In this document: piece after piece, positions 36,012-44,083 of the stretch
How positions within the stretch are numbered: position 1 is the stretch's first letter
Layout of the letters: every line of letters begins with the position of its first letter
Assembly: GCA_964576795.1 (NCBI GenBank)
Contig: CAZNWT010000001.1
Location: 56,697 to 120,696, forward strand
DNA from: an uncultured Victivallales bacterium
Lineage (GTDB): Bacteria; Verrucomicrobiota; Kiritimatiellia; UBA8416
Direction: 5' to 3'
Length of the DNA stretch: 64,000 nt
The notes under the pieces: generated by a model
Seen by the model: only the letters and a program-made list of their open reading frames with translations
Told to the model about the DNA's origin: nothing
Databases searched by the model: none
Program-made: the position numbers and the translations under genes

Positions 36012-37048
36012 GATTTTTCCTTCAATGGGTGACAGCAACGAACCTGATGATCAACACCGCCCGCCGTTTGGGTGGACGGCATGGTGCGGCGACACGCATC
36101 ATCGACCCGTGGACATCGTGGTGCAAACGGACATCCCGCTGGACGATTGCTCGGCGAAGGCACCATCCCCTTTATGCCCTGCATGCGCTCCGATGTAGAT
36201 CCCAAACGCGGAACTACTCCCAGCAACGCCTTCGTGTAGGGATGCGCCGGAGCAGTCAGCACATCCTCAACCGCACCAGACTCGACTACACTTCCGGCGT
36301 ACATCACGTTTAGGCGATGTGCAACATCGGCAACCAGTCCAAGGTTGTGCGTAATCAGCAACACGGCCATTCCCAGCTCATTCTGGAGGCGTTTTAATAG
36401 ATCCAGAATCTGCGCTTGGATCGTGACATCAAGTGCGGTCGTCGGCTCATCCGCAATAAGCAGCTTGGGGCGACAGGCCAAGGCTACGGCAATCACAATA
36501 CGCTGCTGCATCCCGCCACTCAACTCATGAGGGTACGCACGCAAACATGCTTCAGCGTCAGACAGCCCGACCAGAGCCAGCAAGCGAAGGGCCTCCTGAC
36601 GTGAATCCACATGGTGGCGATGCGCACGGACCGCCTCTTCAATTTGAAACCCAATCCGAAACACCGGGTTTAAAGCCGTTGCAGGATCTTGAAACACATA
36701 GGCAATTTGACCGCCTCGGATGGCTCTGAGTTCAGCACTCGACATCTGAAGCACTTCGCGTCCCCGAAAGAAAATAACCCCTGTAGGATGAAACGCCGGA
36801 GGTTCCGGAAGAAGGCGGGCAAGCGTCAATGCCGTAACACTCTTGCCACAGCCACTCTCTCCCACAAGCGCCACAGTCTCCCCTTCGCGAATGCGGAAAC
36901 TCACATCCCGCACGACCACGACCTCATCACGCCCATTGCGGAACCCGACCGAAAGCCCCTGGACATCGATCAGGGGGGGGCGGTTCCGAGTTCCAAGTTC
37001 CGGGTTCCGAGTTTGGGGTTTTTCATTCAAGATCTTACCATGCTCCAC
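36008..37048 (-). CDS. Oligopeptide/dipeptide ABC transporter ATP-binding protein (OppD/DppD-like); start uncertain
   Basis: GESGCGKS, LSGGMQQR, ADEPTTALD, HPYTKALL, GCPFAPRC. Confidence 0.93.
   Translation of the reverse strand: MEHGKILNEKPQTRNPELGTRNRPPLIDVQGLSVGFRNGRDEVVVVRDVSFRIREGETVALVGESGCGKSVTALTLARLLPEPPAFHPTGVIFFRGREVLQMSSAELRAIRGGQIAYVFQDPATALNPVFRIGFQIEEAVRAHRHHVDSRQEALRLLALVGLSDAEACLRAYPHELSGGMQQRIVIAVALACRPKLLIADEPTTALDVTIQAQILDLLKRLQNELGMAVLLITHNLGLVADVAHRLNVMYAGSVVESGAVEDVLTAPAHPYTKALLGVVPRLGSTSERMQGIKGMVPSPSNRPAGCPFAPRCPRVDDACRRTMPSTQTAGGVDHQVRCCHPLKEKS
36984..37024. repeat. Heptamer tandem repeat (GTTCCRR)n at the oppD 5' end
   Basis: GTTCCGA GTTCCAA GTTCCGG GTTCCGA GTTTGGG GTTTTTC. 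Confidence 0.7.
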
Positions 37049-37049
37049 T

Positions 37050-37116
37050 GGGCACGTCTCGGAGATACGTACCTACTAAAAGCAGCGTCTGTACCTGCAC
37101 ATCTCCGAGGTGCAGG
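37050..37116. repeat. REP-like inverted dimer, family D
   Basis: Minus-strand GTAGGTACGT-ATCTCCGAG-ACGTGCC and plus-strand GTACCTGCAC-ATCTCCGAG-GTGCAGG share an identical 9-nt loop. Confidence 0.65.
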
Positions 37117-37133
37117 ACTTTATACGTATTTAA

Positions 37134-37279
37134 GTGGTTTCATTAAATCTATAGCCGCATACAAGGCCTTTGTCTTTACCTTAATCTTTACCCTCATCCC
37201 AACGACCATCAGGATTAAGGCAAAGATTATAGTAAAGACAAAGGAGCAGAACAACTACGCCGGCACTTAAAACGCTCTA
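37134..37279 (+). mobile_element. MITE-like miniature element, copy 2
   Basis: Right end ACTTAAAACGCTCTA, whose reverse complement matches the left end of copy 1 at 13/15. Internal hairpin CCTTTGTCTTTAC...GTAAAGACAAAGG. The terminal TA is the TA of the xseB TAG stop. Confidence 0.72.
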
Positions 37280-37576
37280 AAACAACAACTCACCGCTCTC
37301 ACGGGTCTCATCAGAAAGATCAACAGAGGGGGCATCATCCTCACCAAATGGCTCTGTCACGACCGCACCATCCTTAGTCAGAAGCTTCTCAATCTTTCGT
37401 TCCACCTCATCAAGCTTACCCGCGCAAGATTTAATCAGCGTTTGTCCCTCTTCAAACCGTTGGATCATAACATCCAGGCTCAGTTCGCCACCTTCCATGT
37501 CACCCACGATGGCTTCCAATCGCTCCATTGACTTTTCAAAACTTTGTGCCTTATCGTCTTTCTTTGCCGCCGTCAT
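37277..37576 (-). CDS. xseB: Exodeoxyribonuclease VII small subunit
   Basis: SFEKSMERLEAIVGDMEGGELSLD..FEEG..LDEVERKI. Confidence 0.93.
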   Translation of the reverse strand: MTAAKKDDKAQSFEKSMERLEAIVGDMEGGELSLDVMIQRFEEGQTLIKSCAGKLDEVERKIEKLLTKDGAVVTEPFGEDDAPSVDLSDETRESGELLF

Positions 37577-37578
37577 TA

Positions 37579-38997
37579 TTACCTTCCTTCCTCATCAACA
37601 CACACACGCAATACTTCCGATTCAAAACGTCCATCCGAGATCTGCGTCACCAAGATCTCGCCCTCTCGCACATCCGTCGTCTTTACAATAATACGACCAT
37701 CCTCTCCCCGCGTGACTGAATACCCACGCTGCAATACCGCCAGAGGATTGAGGGCCCGCAGTTGCATGGTATAGCGTCTAACATCTTGAGCCCCCATTTG
37801 ATGACAAAACCGGATACGATGCACCATTCTAACCTGGATATCCTCAAGCGTCTGACGGTTCTTCTGCACAGCAGATCGAAGCTGCTGTTGCATACGAATT
37901 CCCAGCACATCCACAGTCTGCTGCATATTCTGAACCGCCCCACTCAGCCGATGCTCCATTTGCAATTTGAGTGTCGACAATCTCTGACAGTGACGCGCTA
38001 CCACATTGGCTGGTTCTCGAAACACATAACTTCCCGATGTCTGAATGAGCCGATTTCGTGCAGCAAGAGTACTTTCTCGCAAGGATCGAATCAGGCGATT
38101 TTGAAGTTCATCCAAGCTCGATTGAAACGCCTCCTTACACCCCACAACCAGCTCTGCAGCCGCCGAAGGTGTGGGAGCCCGCAAATCTGCTACAAAATCG
38201 CTGATCGTAAAATCCACTTCATGCCCAACGGCTGAGATCACAGGAATCACAGACCGCACAATTGCACGGGCCACTACCTCTTCATTAAAACACCACAGAT
38301 CCTCAAGGCTTCCGCCACCTCGCCCGACAATCAGAACATCCAGTCCACCAATAGCATTCAGGCGGTCAATTGCAGCCGCAATCTCTTCCGCCGCACCATC
38401 CCCCTGCACGTTGACAGGCGCAAGGAGAATATGAAGGTTCGGAAAGCGTCTCGACACAACATTCAGAATATCTTGAATAGCTGCACCGGTTGCAGAGGTG
38501 ACGATCCCAACATGCTGTGGAAGCTTTGGAAGGCGGCGTTTATGCTCGGCGGAAAAGAGGCCCTCTTTTTGGAGTCTCTCCTTGAGCGCCTCAAACTGCG
38601 CCTGAAGACTCCCCTTCCCCCCCTCCTCCATACGTCGGATCAGAATCTGATAATTGCCTCGGCGTTCATATACACTGATTTCGCCAAATGCCCGAACAAC
38701 CTGTCCATCTGTGGGTCGAAAAGCAAGAGCTCGCTGGTTACCCCGAAACATCACTGCGCTGATCTGCGCGTTAGCATCTTTGATGGTGAAATAGAGATGC
38801 CCGGATGCGGGCTGACTCACATTGGAAAGTTCGCCTTCAACCAACACCGATCCAAACTGCCCCTCAAGCGTTCCCTTGATCCTTCGGGTGAGCTCGGTAA
38901 CAGACAGTGCTTTTGGGCGTCGATCGGGAGGTGCCTCAGCTGTCCGTTCCTCCCCTAGCACCCGCAATGCATCTCTTCTGCTTCCTGTAGTCAACAT
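37579..38997 (-). CDS. xseA: Exodeoxyribonuclease VII large subunit
   Basis: VEGELSN, SGHLYFTIKD, GRGGGSLEDLWCFNEE, SAVGHEVD, TPSAAAE. Confidence 0.96.
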   Translation of the reverse strand: MLTTGSRRDALRVLGEERTAEAPPDRRPKALSVTELTRRIKGTLEGQFGSVLVEGELSNVSQPASGHLYFTIKDANAQISAVMFRGNQRALAFRPTDGQVVRAFGEISVYERRGNYQILIRRMEEGGKGSLQAQFEALKERLQKEGLFSAEHKRRLPKLPQHVGIVTSATGAAIQDILNVVSRRFPNLHILLAPVNVQGDGAAEEIAAAIDRLNAIGGLDVLIVGRGGGSLEDLWCFNEEVVARAIVRSVIPVISAVGHEVDFTISDFVADLRAPTPSAAAELVVGCKEAFQSSLDELQNRLIRSLRESTLAARNRLIQTSGSYVFREPANVVARHCQRLSTLKLQMEHRLSGAVQNMQQTVDVLGIRMQQQLRSAVQKNRQTLEDIQVRMVHRIRFCHQMGAQDVRRYTMQLRALNPLAVLQRGYSVTRGEDGRIIVKTTDVREGEILVTQISDGRFESEVLRVCVDEEGR

Positions 38998-39016
38998 AAC
39001 CTCTTGTAATCATCAA

Positions 39017-39092
39017 CGGGGTGAGGGCACCCCAGCTCCATTGTTCATAACACGGATTGATAGAAAAATGGAGGTGGGGTACCCTCACCCCG
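39017..39092. repeat. Inverted REP-like dimer, family B
   Basis: 26-bp arms CGGGGTGAGGGCACCCCAGCTCCATT / AATGGAGGTGGGGTACCCTCACCCCG with two mismatches. Confidence 0.8.
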
Positions 39093-39144
39093 CATATATA
39101 ATCTCCGCAGCGTACGTTCCAATTTTAAATTTTTAAATTTACTC

Positions 39145-39945
39145 TCAACCCCATGCCGTTTTTGCCGTACCAGACATGCTCTCACGCACACGCTCAATAT
39201 TTTGAGCACGCCCGGTATTGGAATCAATATCGATCAGAACGCCCTCTAACACAGGGGGCCCTTCGGCCATCTTGAATTTTGAAGGCATACCATTCAGAAA
39301 CATCGACATCACGGAGTCTACATCCCGACCAATCGCAGAATCCTTAACTCCCGTCATTCCAAGATCTGTCAGGTAAGCCGTCCCCCCCGGTAATACAATC
39401 TCATCGGATGTCTGCACATGCGTATGCGTTCCAACCACAGCACTCACACGACCATCCAAGTAGCGCCCCATCATGATTTTTTCCGAGGTAGCCTCCGCAT
39501 GCAGATCCACAAGCTTGATTTTGCTGGAAGCATGGGCGCCGAGCAGTTCATCTGCCTTCCGAAACGGGCAGTCGTACGGTTTCATAAACACCCGACCAAT
39601 CAGGTTCATTACAGTCACGTCGCCAAACGGAGTATCGACAGTCACCACGCCGCGCCCCGGGCAACCCGGAGCAAAGTTGGCAGGGCGCACCACGCGCGAT
39701 TCGACATCTAGAAACGGAGCCAACTCCTTCTGATCCCAAGTGTGGTCCCCCAACGTGATCACATCGGCACCTGCTGCAAAGAACTCCTCTGCCAACTTCG
39801 CAGTCAGGCCCCTCCCCCCGGCAGCATTTTCAGCATTCACGACCACAAAATCCAGCGCGTTGCTTTGCTTCATGCGTGTGACCACCTGAGCAAATATCAT
39901 TCGCCCAGGAGCTCCCACAATATCCCCAACCATCAGTATCTTCAT
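39145..39945 (-). CDS. ymdB: YmdB-like metallophosphoesterase (TIGR00282)
   Basis: MKILMVGDIVG, NAENAAGG, GDHTWD, RPANF, DLHAEATSEK, GTHTHV, TDLGMTG. Confidence 0.94.
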   Translation of the reverse strand: MKILMVGDIVGAPGRMIFAQVVTRMKQSNALDFVVVNAENAAGGRGLTAKLAEEFFAAGADVITLGDHTWDQKELAPFLDVESRVVRPANFAPGCPGRGVVTVDTPFGDVTVMNLIGRVFMKPYDCPFRKADELLGAHASSKIKLVDLHAEATSEKIMMGRYLDGRVSAVVGTHTHVQTSDEIVLPGGTAYLTDLGMTGVKDSAIGRDVDSVMSMFLNGMPSKFKMAEGPPVLEGVLIDIDSNTGRAQNIERVRESMSGTAKTAWG

Positions 39946-40052
39946 AATTCCACACCCCACGTCACTAGATTCTTCCCCTACAGAGCCTACCACGCGCCAC
40001 GCGTGATCCATCAGCATCCGCGCAAATCTGCGTAATCTGTGGTTCCTTTTCT

Positions 40053-41612
40053 CTACTTCGCGTACTCGACGCAACGAGTTTCCCGAATCACGGTAATCCG
40101 GATCTGTCCAGGATACTGGAGATCCGTCTCTATCTGCTTGCTGATGTTGCGCGCCAGAACCATTGCGGCGGCGTCATCAATTTTGTCGGGTTCCACGATA
40201 ACACGCACCTCGCGACCCGCTTGAATAGCATAGCTCTTTTCGACTCCCTCGAAGTCATTCGCAATAGCTTCAAGCTTCTCCAAGCGTTTGATATAGCGAC
40301 CACTCGATTCCGAGCGGGCACCCACACGCGAACTGGACATGGCATCCGCCGCCGAACAGAGAACGGCATAAAGACTCTGCGCCTCAACATCCTCATGATG
40401 GGCCGCAACCGCATTGACAATCTCTTGCGACTCGCCAAGGCGCTTCAGGAAGTCGGCACCAATAATGGCGTGCCCGCCCTCCACTTCATGATCCAGAGCT
40501 TTGCCAATATCATGAAACAAACCCACGCGCTTCGCGATCTGTGGATCGAGGCCAAGTTCCCCCGCCATGAGGCTCATTAACTGAGCCACTTCAACGGAGT
40601 GTTGTAAGACGTTCTGGGTGTAACTTGTGCGGAACTTCAGACGCCCCAGTGTCCGAACCAATTCAGGATCAACACCTTGAATACCGACCTCAAACAGCGT
40701 TTCTTCCCCCGCAACGCGAATGGTTTCCTTCATGTCCTCGCGGGCTTTTTCAACAACTTCCTCAATGCGGGCGGGATGAATCCGTCCATCCGCAAGCAAC
40801 CGCTCAAGCGCCTGTTTGGCAATCTCACGACGCACGGGATCAAATCCGGAAACAACCACAGCCTCAGGAGTATCATCAATCAAGAAGTTGACTCCTGTAG
40901 CGGCTTCGAGCGCTCGGATATTACGGCCATCACGTCCGATGATACGCCCCTTCATGTCATCACTTGGCAGCGCCACCGCACTGGTAACAATGTCACTGGT
41001 GTGGGATGAGGCATAGCGTTGAATCGCCTGCGTGATAATTTTCTTGGACTCACGCTCTGCCGTATCTTTTGCCTGTTCCTGCATGCGGCGGATCAATCCG
41101 CCAATCTCACCATGCACCTCTTTCTCCATGCGAGTCAGCAAGGTTTTCCGCGCCTCATCCTGCGTCATACCCGCAACTCGCTGCAGGTTCTGCTTTTCCT
41201 GCTCTATCAGTTCAGAAATCTTTACGCGCTCAACATTCAGCTCAGCATCCCGCTTCTCAATCTCGGCCAACTTGGTATCAACCGTGTGCTCTTTCCGGTC
41301 GATCAGCGCCACCTTACGATCCAGATTGGTCTCTCGGAGACTCACGCGTTCTTCAATCGCCGCAAGCTCCTTACGTCTGGACGCCGTCGACTTTTCAAAA
41401 CCTTCACGCGCCTTAAGCACTTCCGCCTTGGCCGTAATGGTGGCTTCCTTGCGAACGGTCTCTGCATCACGCTTAGCATCTACAAGCAAACGCTTTGCCT
41501 GATCTTCATCCGTATTCGCCTTCACTCGCCCCATCGTTTGTCGAATCAGGTATCCCGCAGCCAAGCCCACAATACACGCCACAACACCTGCTATTATTTC
41601 TGTCATGTTCAC
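40053..41612 (-). CDS. rny: Ribonuclease Y
   Basis: N-terminal TM, coiled coil, KH domain (KGRIIGRDGRNIR), HD domain (HSVEV..HDIGK). Confidence 0.97.
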   Translation of the reverse strand: MNMTEIIAGVVACIVGLAAGYLIRQTMGRVKANTDEDQAKRLLVDAKRDAETVRKEATITAKAEVLKAREGFEKSTASRRKELAAIEERVSLRETNLDRKVALIDRKEHTVDTKLAEIEKRDAELNVERVKISELIEQEKQNLQRVAGMTQDEARKTLLTRMEKEVHGEIGGLIRRMQEQAKDTAERESKKIITQAIQRYASSHTSDIVTSAVALPSDDMKGRIIGRDGRNIRALEAATGVNFLIDDTPEAVVVSGFDPVRREIAKQALERLLADGRIHPARIEEVVEKAREDMKETIRVAGEETLFEVGIQGVDPELVRTLGRLKFRTSYTQNVLQHSVEVAQLMSLMAGELGLDPQIAKRVGLFHDIGKALDHEVEGGHAIIGADFLKRLGESQEIVNAVAAHHEDVEAQSLYAVLCSAADAMSSSRVGARSESSGRYIKRLEKLEAIANDFEGVEKSYAIQAGREVRVIVEPDKIDDAAAMVLARNISKQIETDLQYPGQIRITVIRETRCVEYAK

Positions 41613-41661
41613 CCTCCTGTCATTTTATCTGACAGCCACACCCCGCAAAGGCCGTAACCGT

Positions 41662-42258
41662 TCAGTTGTTGTTTTCATTTAAATGGTTCACACCCGTCTC
41701 AGACACAATCACATCCATCCCAATATCCCACGCCTCACCCGGCACGACCAGAAAGCGTTGAAAGTCAAAACACACACCCACTTTTGCAACCCCACGGTCG
41801 TCATCGGCAAACGCCAGCATCCGGTCATAGTAACCTTTTCCATGCCCCACGCGGCCGCCAGAATCACTAAAGGCAACCCCGGGCACCGCGATACACGATG
41901 GGGCCGAAAGTTGAGCCCAATCGGCCACATCTGGCTCAAGCACACCCCATAACCCGGAACGCATACCCGTATTGAGCGTCACAGCCTTAAATCCATAGGT
42001 CCGACGGGGTTTGCAATACGCCGGCACGAGCACACGTTTGCCCTCCGCCCAGCAGTAATCCATCACACCATCGAGTGAGACTTCGCCCGGAAGTGCCATA
42101 TAAAGACAAACGGTCTCCGCGGCTTGAAAAACATCCAAAGCCATCAGGCGTTTCGAGATGCTCTCACTCCGGGATGCAATCCAATCCGCCGTCAGGGATG
42201 CACGCTTACGCCGAACGCTATCACGCAGATCCGCTTTCGTATTCGCCACCTCACTCAT
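41662..42258 (-). CDS. 5-formyltetrahydrofolate cyclo-ligase
   Basis: KADLR, GLWGVLEP, VPGVAFS..GGRVGHGKGYYDR, DIGMDVIVSE. Confidence 0.92.
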   Translation of the reverse strand: MSEVANTKADLRDSVRRKRASLTADWIASRSESISKRLMALDVFQAAETVCLYMALPGEVSLDGVMDYCWAEGKRVLVPAYCKPRRTYGFKAVTLNTGMRSGLWGVLEPDVADWAQLSAPSCIAVPGVAFSDSGGRVGHGKGYYDRMLAFADDDRGVAKVGVCFDFQRFLVVPGEAWDIGMDVIVSETGVNHLNENNN

Positions 42259-43570
42259 TGCCGGATGCTCCCGCCCACTGCTCCATGCGTTTAGAAATCG
42301 TCTGCTCGTATCCCGCTTCCGTCGGCTCATAGTAAACAGCGGATGTCGGAATATACTCTTGATCCACATGGTGCCCCTTGAAGTCATGCGGATAGACATA
42401 CCCTTTGGCCTCATCCTTGCCTTCAGCCGTCTTTAGATGTTTGTTCTTTAGATGATCGGGTACCGGCAGCACACGGCCCGACTCAACATCCTTCAACGCT
42501 TTTCCAATAGCCTTATAAGCCGCATTGCTTTTGGGGGCTGTTGCAAGATACGTCGTGGCCTGCGCAAGCGTAATACGCGCCTCTGGCATCCCGACAAACT
42601 CGACGGCTTGCATTGCAGCCGTAGCAATTGACAACCCCCGCGGGTCGGCATTTCCAATATCTTCAGAAGCAAGAATCACAAGCCGCCGCGCAACAAACCG
42701 AGGATCCTCTCCCGCATAAAGCATTTTTGCGAGCCAGTAGACTGCGGCGTGAGGATCAGAACCCCTCACACTTTTAATAAAAGCCGAAACCGTGTCGTAA
42801 TGACCATCCTCATCATGGTCGTAGACAATCGCCTTCTTCTGCACAGAGTCCTCCGCGACGCGACGGTCAATGTGGATGGCACCCGCTTCATCCGGCTCGG
42901 TCGTCAGAACCGCAATCTCAAGGGCATTGAGCGCGCGGCGGGCATCGCCCTCACAGGAACACGCCATATGCTCAAGGGCGTTATCATCCGCAACCACGTG
43001 ATGGTCCGACAATCCTCGAGGATCGGTGAGGGCACGACGCAAAAGAGCCACAACGGCACCCTCAGAAAGGGAATTGAGCTGAAACACCAGAGAGCGTGAT
43101 GTCAACGGCGTGTTAATAAAAAACATAGGATTGTGGGTTGTCGCCCCAATCAGCGTGATGCCACCGTCCTCAACATGCGGGAGAAGCACATCCTGCTGCG
43201 CTTTATTGAAGCGGTGAATTTCATCTACAAACAGGATGGTTTCCGTGCCGTTCTGCTTGAGGCGATGGCGGGCATCTTTGATTAAGGCTCGCAACTCGGC
43301 CACATTGGAAAGAACGCCACTGGTGCGTACGAATCGGCGCTGGGTCGCGGCGGCAATCACCTCGGCCAACGAGGTTTTTCCACATCCGGGAGGACCATAT
43401 AAAATAATACTCCCAAGGCGGTCGGCATCAACTGCGCGACGCAGAAGTTTTCCCGGACCCAGAATATGCTCCTGTCCGGAAATTTCCTCCACAGAAGCAG
43501 GGCGCATACGTGCCGCAAGCGGCTGATTCTCAGCCGATGACACCTCACCTGGTTTCTCGAACAGATCCAT
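42251..43570 (-). CDS. rarA: Replication-associated recombination protein A
   Basis: PLAARMRP, GPPGCGKT, VDEIHRFNKAQQD, GATTHNP, SAFIKSVRGSD, ASEDIGNAD. Confidence 0.96.
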   Translation of the reverse strand: MDLFEKPGEVSSAENQPLAARMRPASVEEISGQEHILGPGKLLRRAVDADRLGSIILYGPPGCGKTSLAEVIAAATQRRFVRTSGVLSNVAELRALIKDARHRLKQNGTETILFVDEIHRFNKAQQDVLLPHVEDGGITLIGATTHNPMFFINTPLTSRSLVFQLNSLSEGAVVALLRRALTDPRGLSDHHVVADDNALEHMACSCEGDARRALNALEIAVLTTEPDEAGAIHIDRRVAEDSVQKKAIVYDHDEDGHYDTVSAFIKSVRGSDPHAAVYWLAKMLYAGEDPRFVARRLVILASEDIGNADPRGLSIATAAMQAVEFVGMPEARITLAQATTYLATAPKSNAAYKAIGKALKDVESGRVLPVPDHLKNKHLKTAEGKDEAKGYVYPHDFKGHHVDQEYIPTSAVYYEPTEAGYEQTISKRMEQWAGASGNE

Positions 43571-43595
43571 GCGGCTCCCCGGAAATAAAAAAAAT

Positions 43596-43772
43596 ACCCC
43601 ACCATGCCGAACAGACGTAATCTCTGGACCTCGTAAACGAGGTGGGTGCTCTAGTCAGCGCATCAGGTCTCCCCTCCGAAGAGGGTTACACCGTCGTCGC
43701 TGCATTCAAGCTCCCTGATCATATAACCTGGGTCAGAGATATTTGCCTGCAAACCGAACAAGGCAGGGTACT
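43596..43772 (-). ncRNA. ssrS: 6S RNA (boundaries approximate)
   Basis: Minus strand forms a rod with paired ends (CCCTGCC..TTCGG with TTCGGCATGGTGGG; CTCTG with CAGAG), with GGGAGCTTGAA and CACCCACC motifs and a U-rich 3' end. Lies between pheT and the 5-FCL/rny block, a typical 6S location. Confidence 0.82.
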
Positions 43773-43780
43773 TCAATTCC

Positions 43781-44017
43781 CTATTGAGAGCATAAATTCT
43801 GTTTTGTTTTAATCCGCTTCCGCACACGCGACCGACCACCGTCGTCGCAAAACTGCGAGACAGAACAACAGGGTCTCCTTGACCCTGTATATCCGCAAGA
43901 AAACCGCCTATTATCAACATGAACAGCAAGTCTCTTGCGCTTATATAATCCACCACCTGCAACAATCAATAACCATCCGCAGGTCAGCAGAATCAGATTT
44001 AATAACGTACTCATCAT
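43781..44017 (-). CDS. Small membrane protein with a Cys-rich C-terminus
   Basis: TM segment LLNLILLTCGWLLIVAGGGLY followed by SCGYTGSRRPCCSVSQFC; GGTGGGG upstream. Confidence 0.45.
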   Translation of the reverse strand: MMSTLLNLILLTCGWLLIVAGGGLYKRKRLAVHVDNRRFSCGYTGSRRPCCSVSQFCDDGGRSRVRKRIKTKQNLCSQ

Positions 44018-44083
44018 CGGGTTTAAACCCCACCTTGGTCACTAAACAAGCCGCCTTGGAATGCCATCATATAACACTCCACA

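Noticed and set aside
43663-43965. 100-aa minus-strand ORF upstream of rarA, considered as ZapA
   Set aside because: It runs into the predicted 6S RNA and has no ZapA features.
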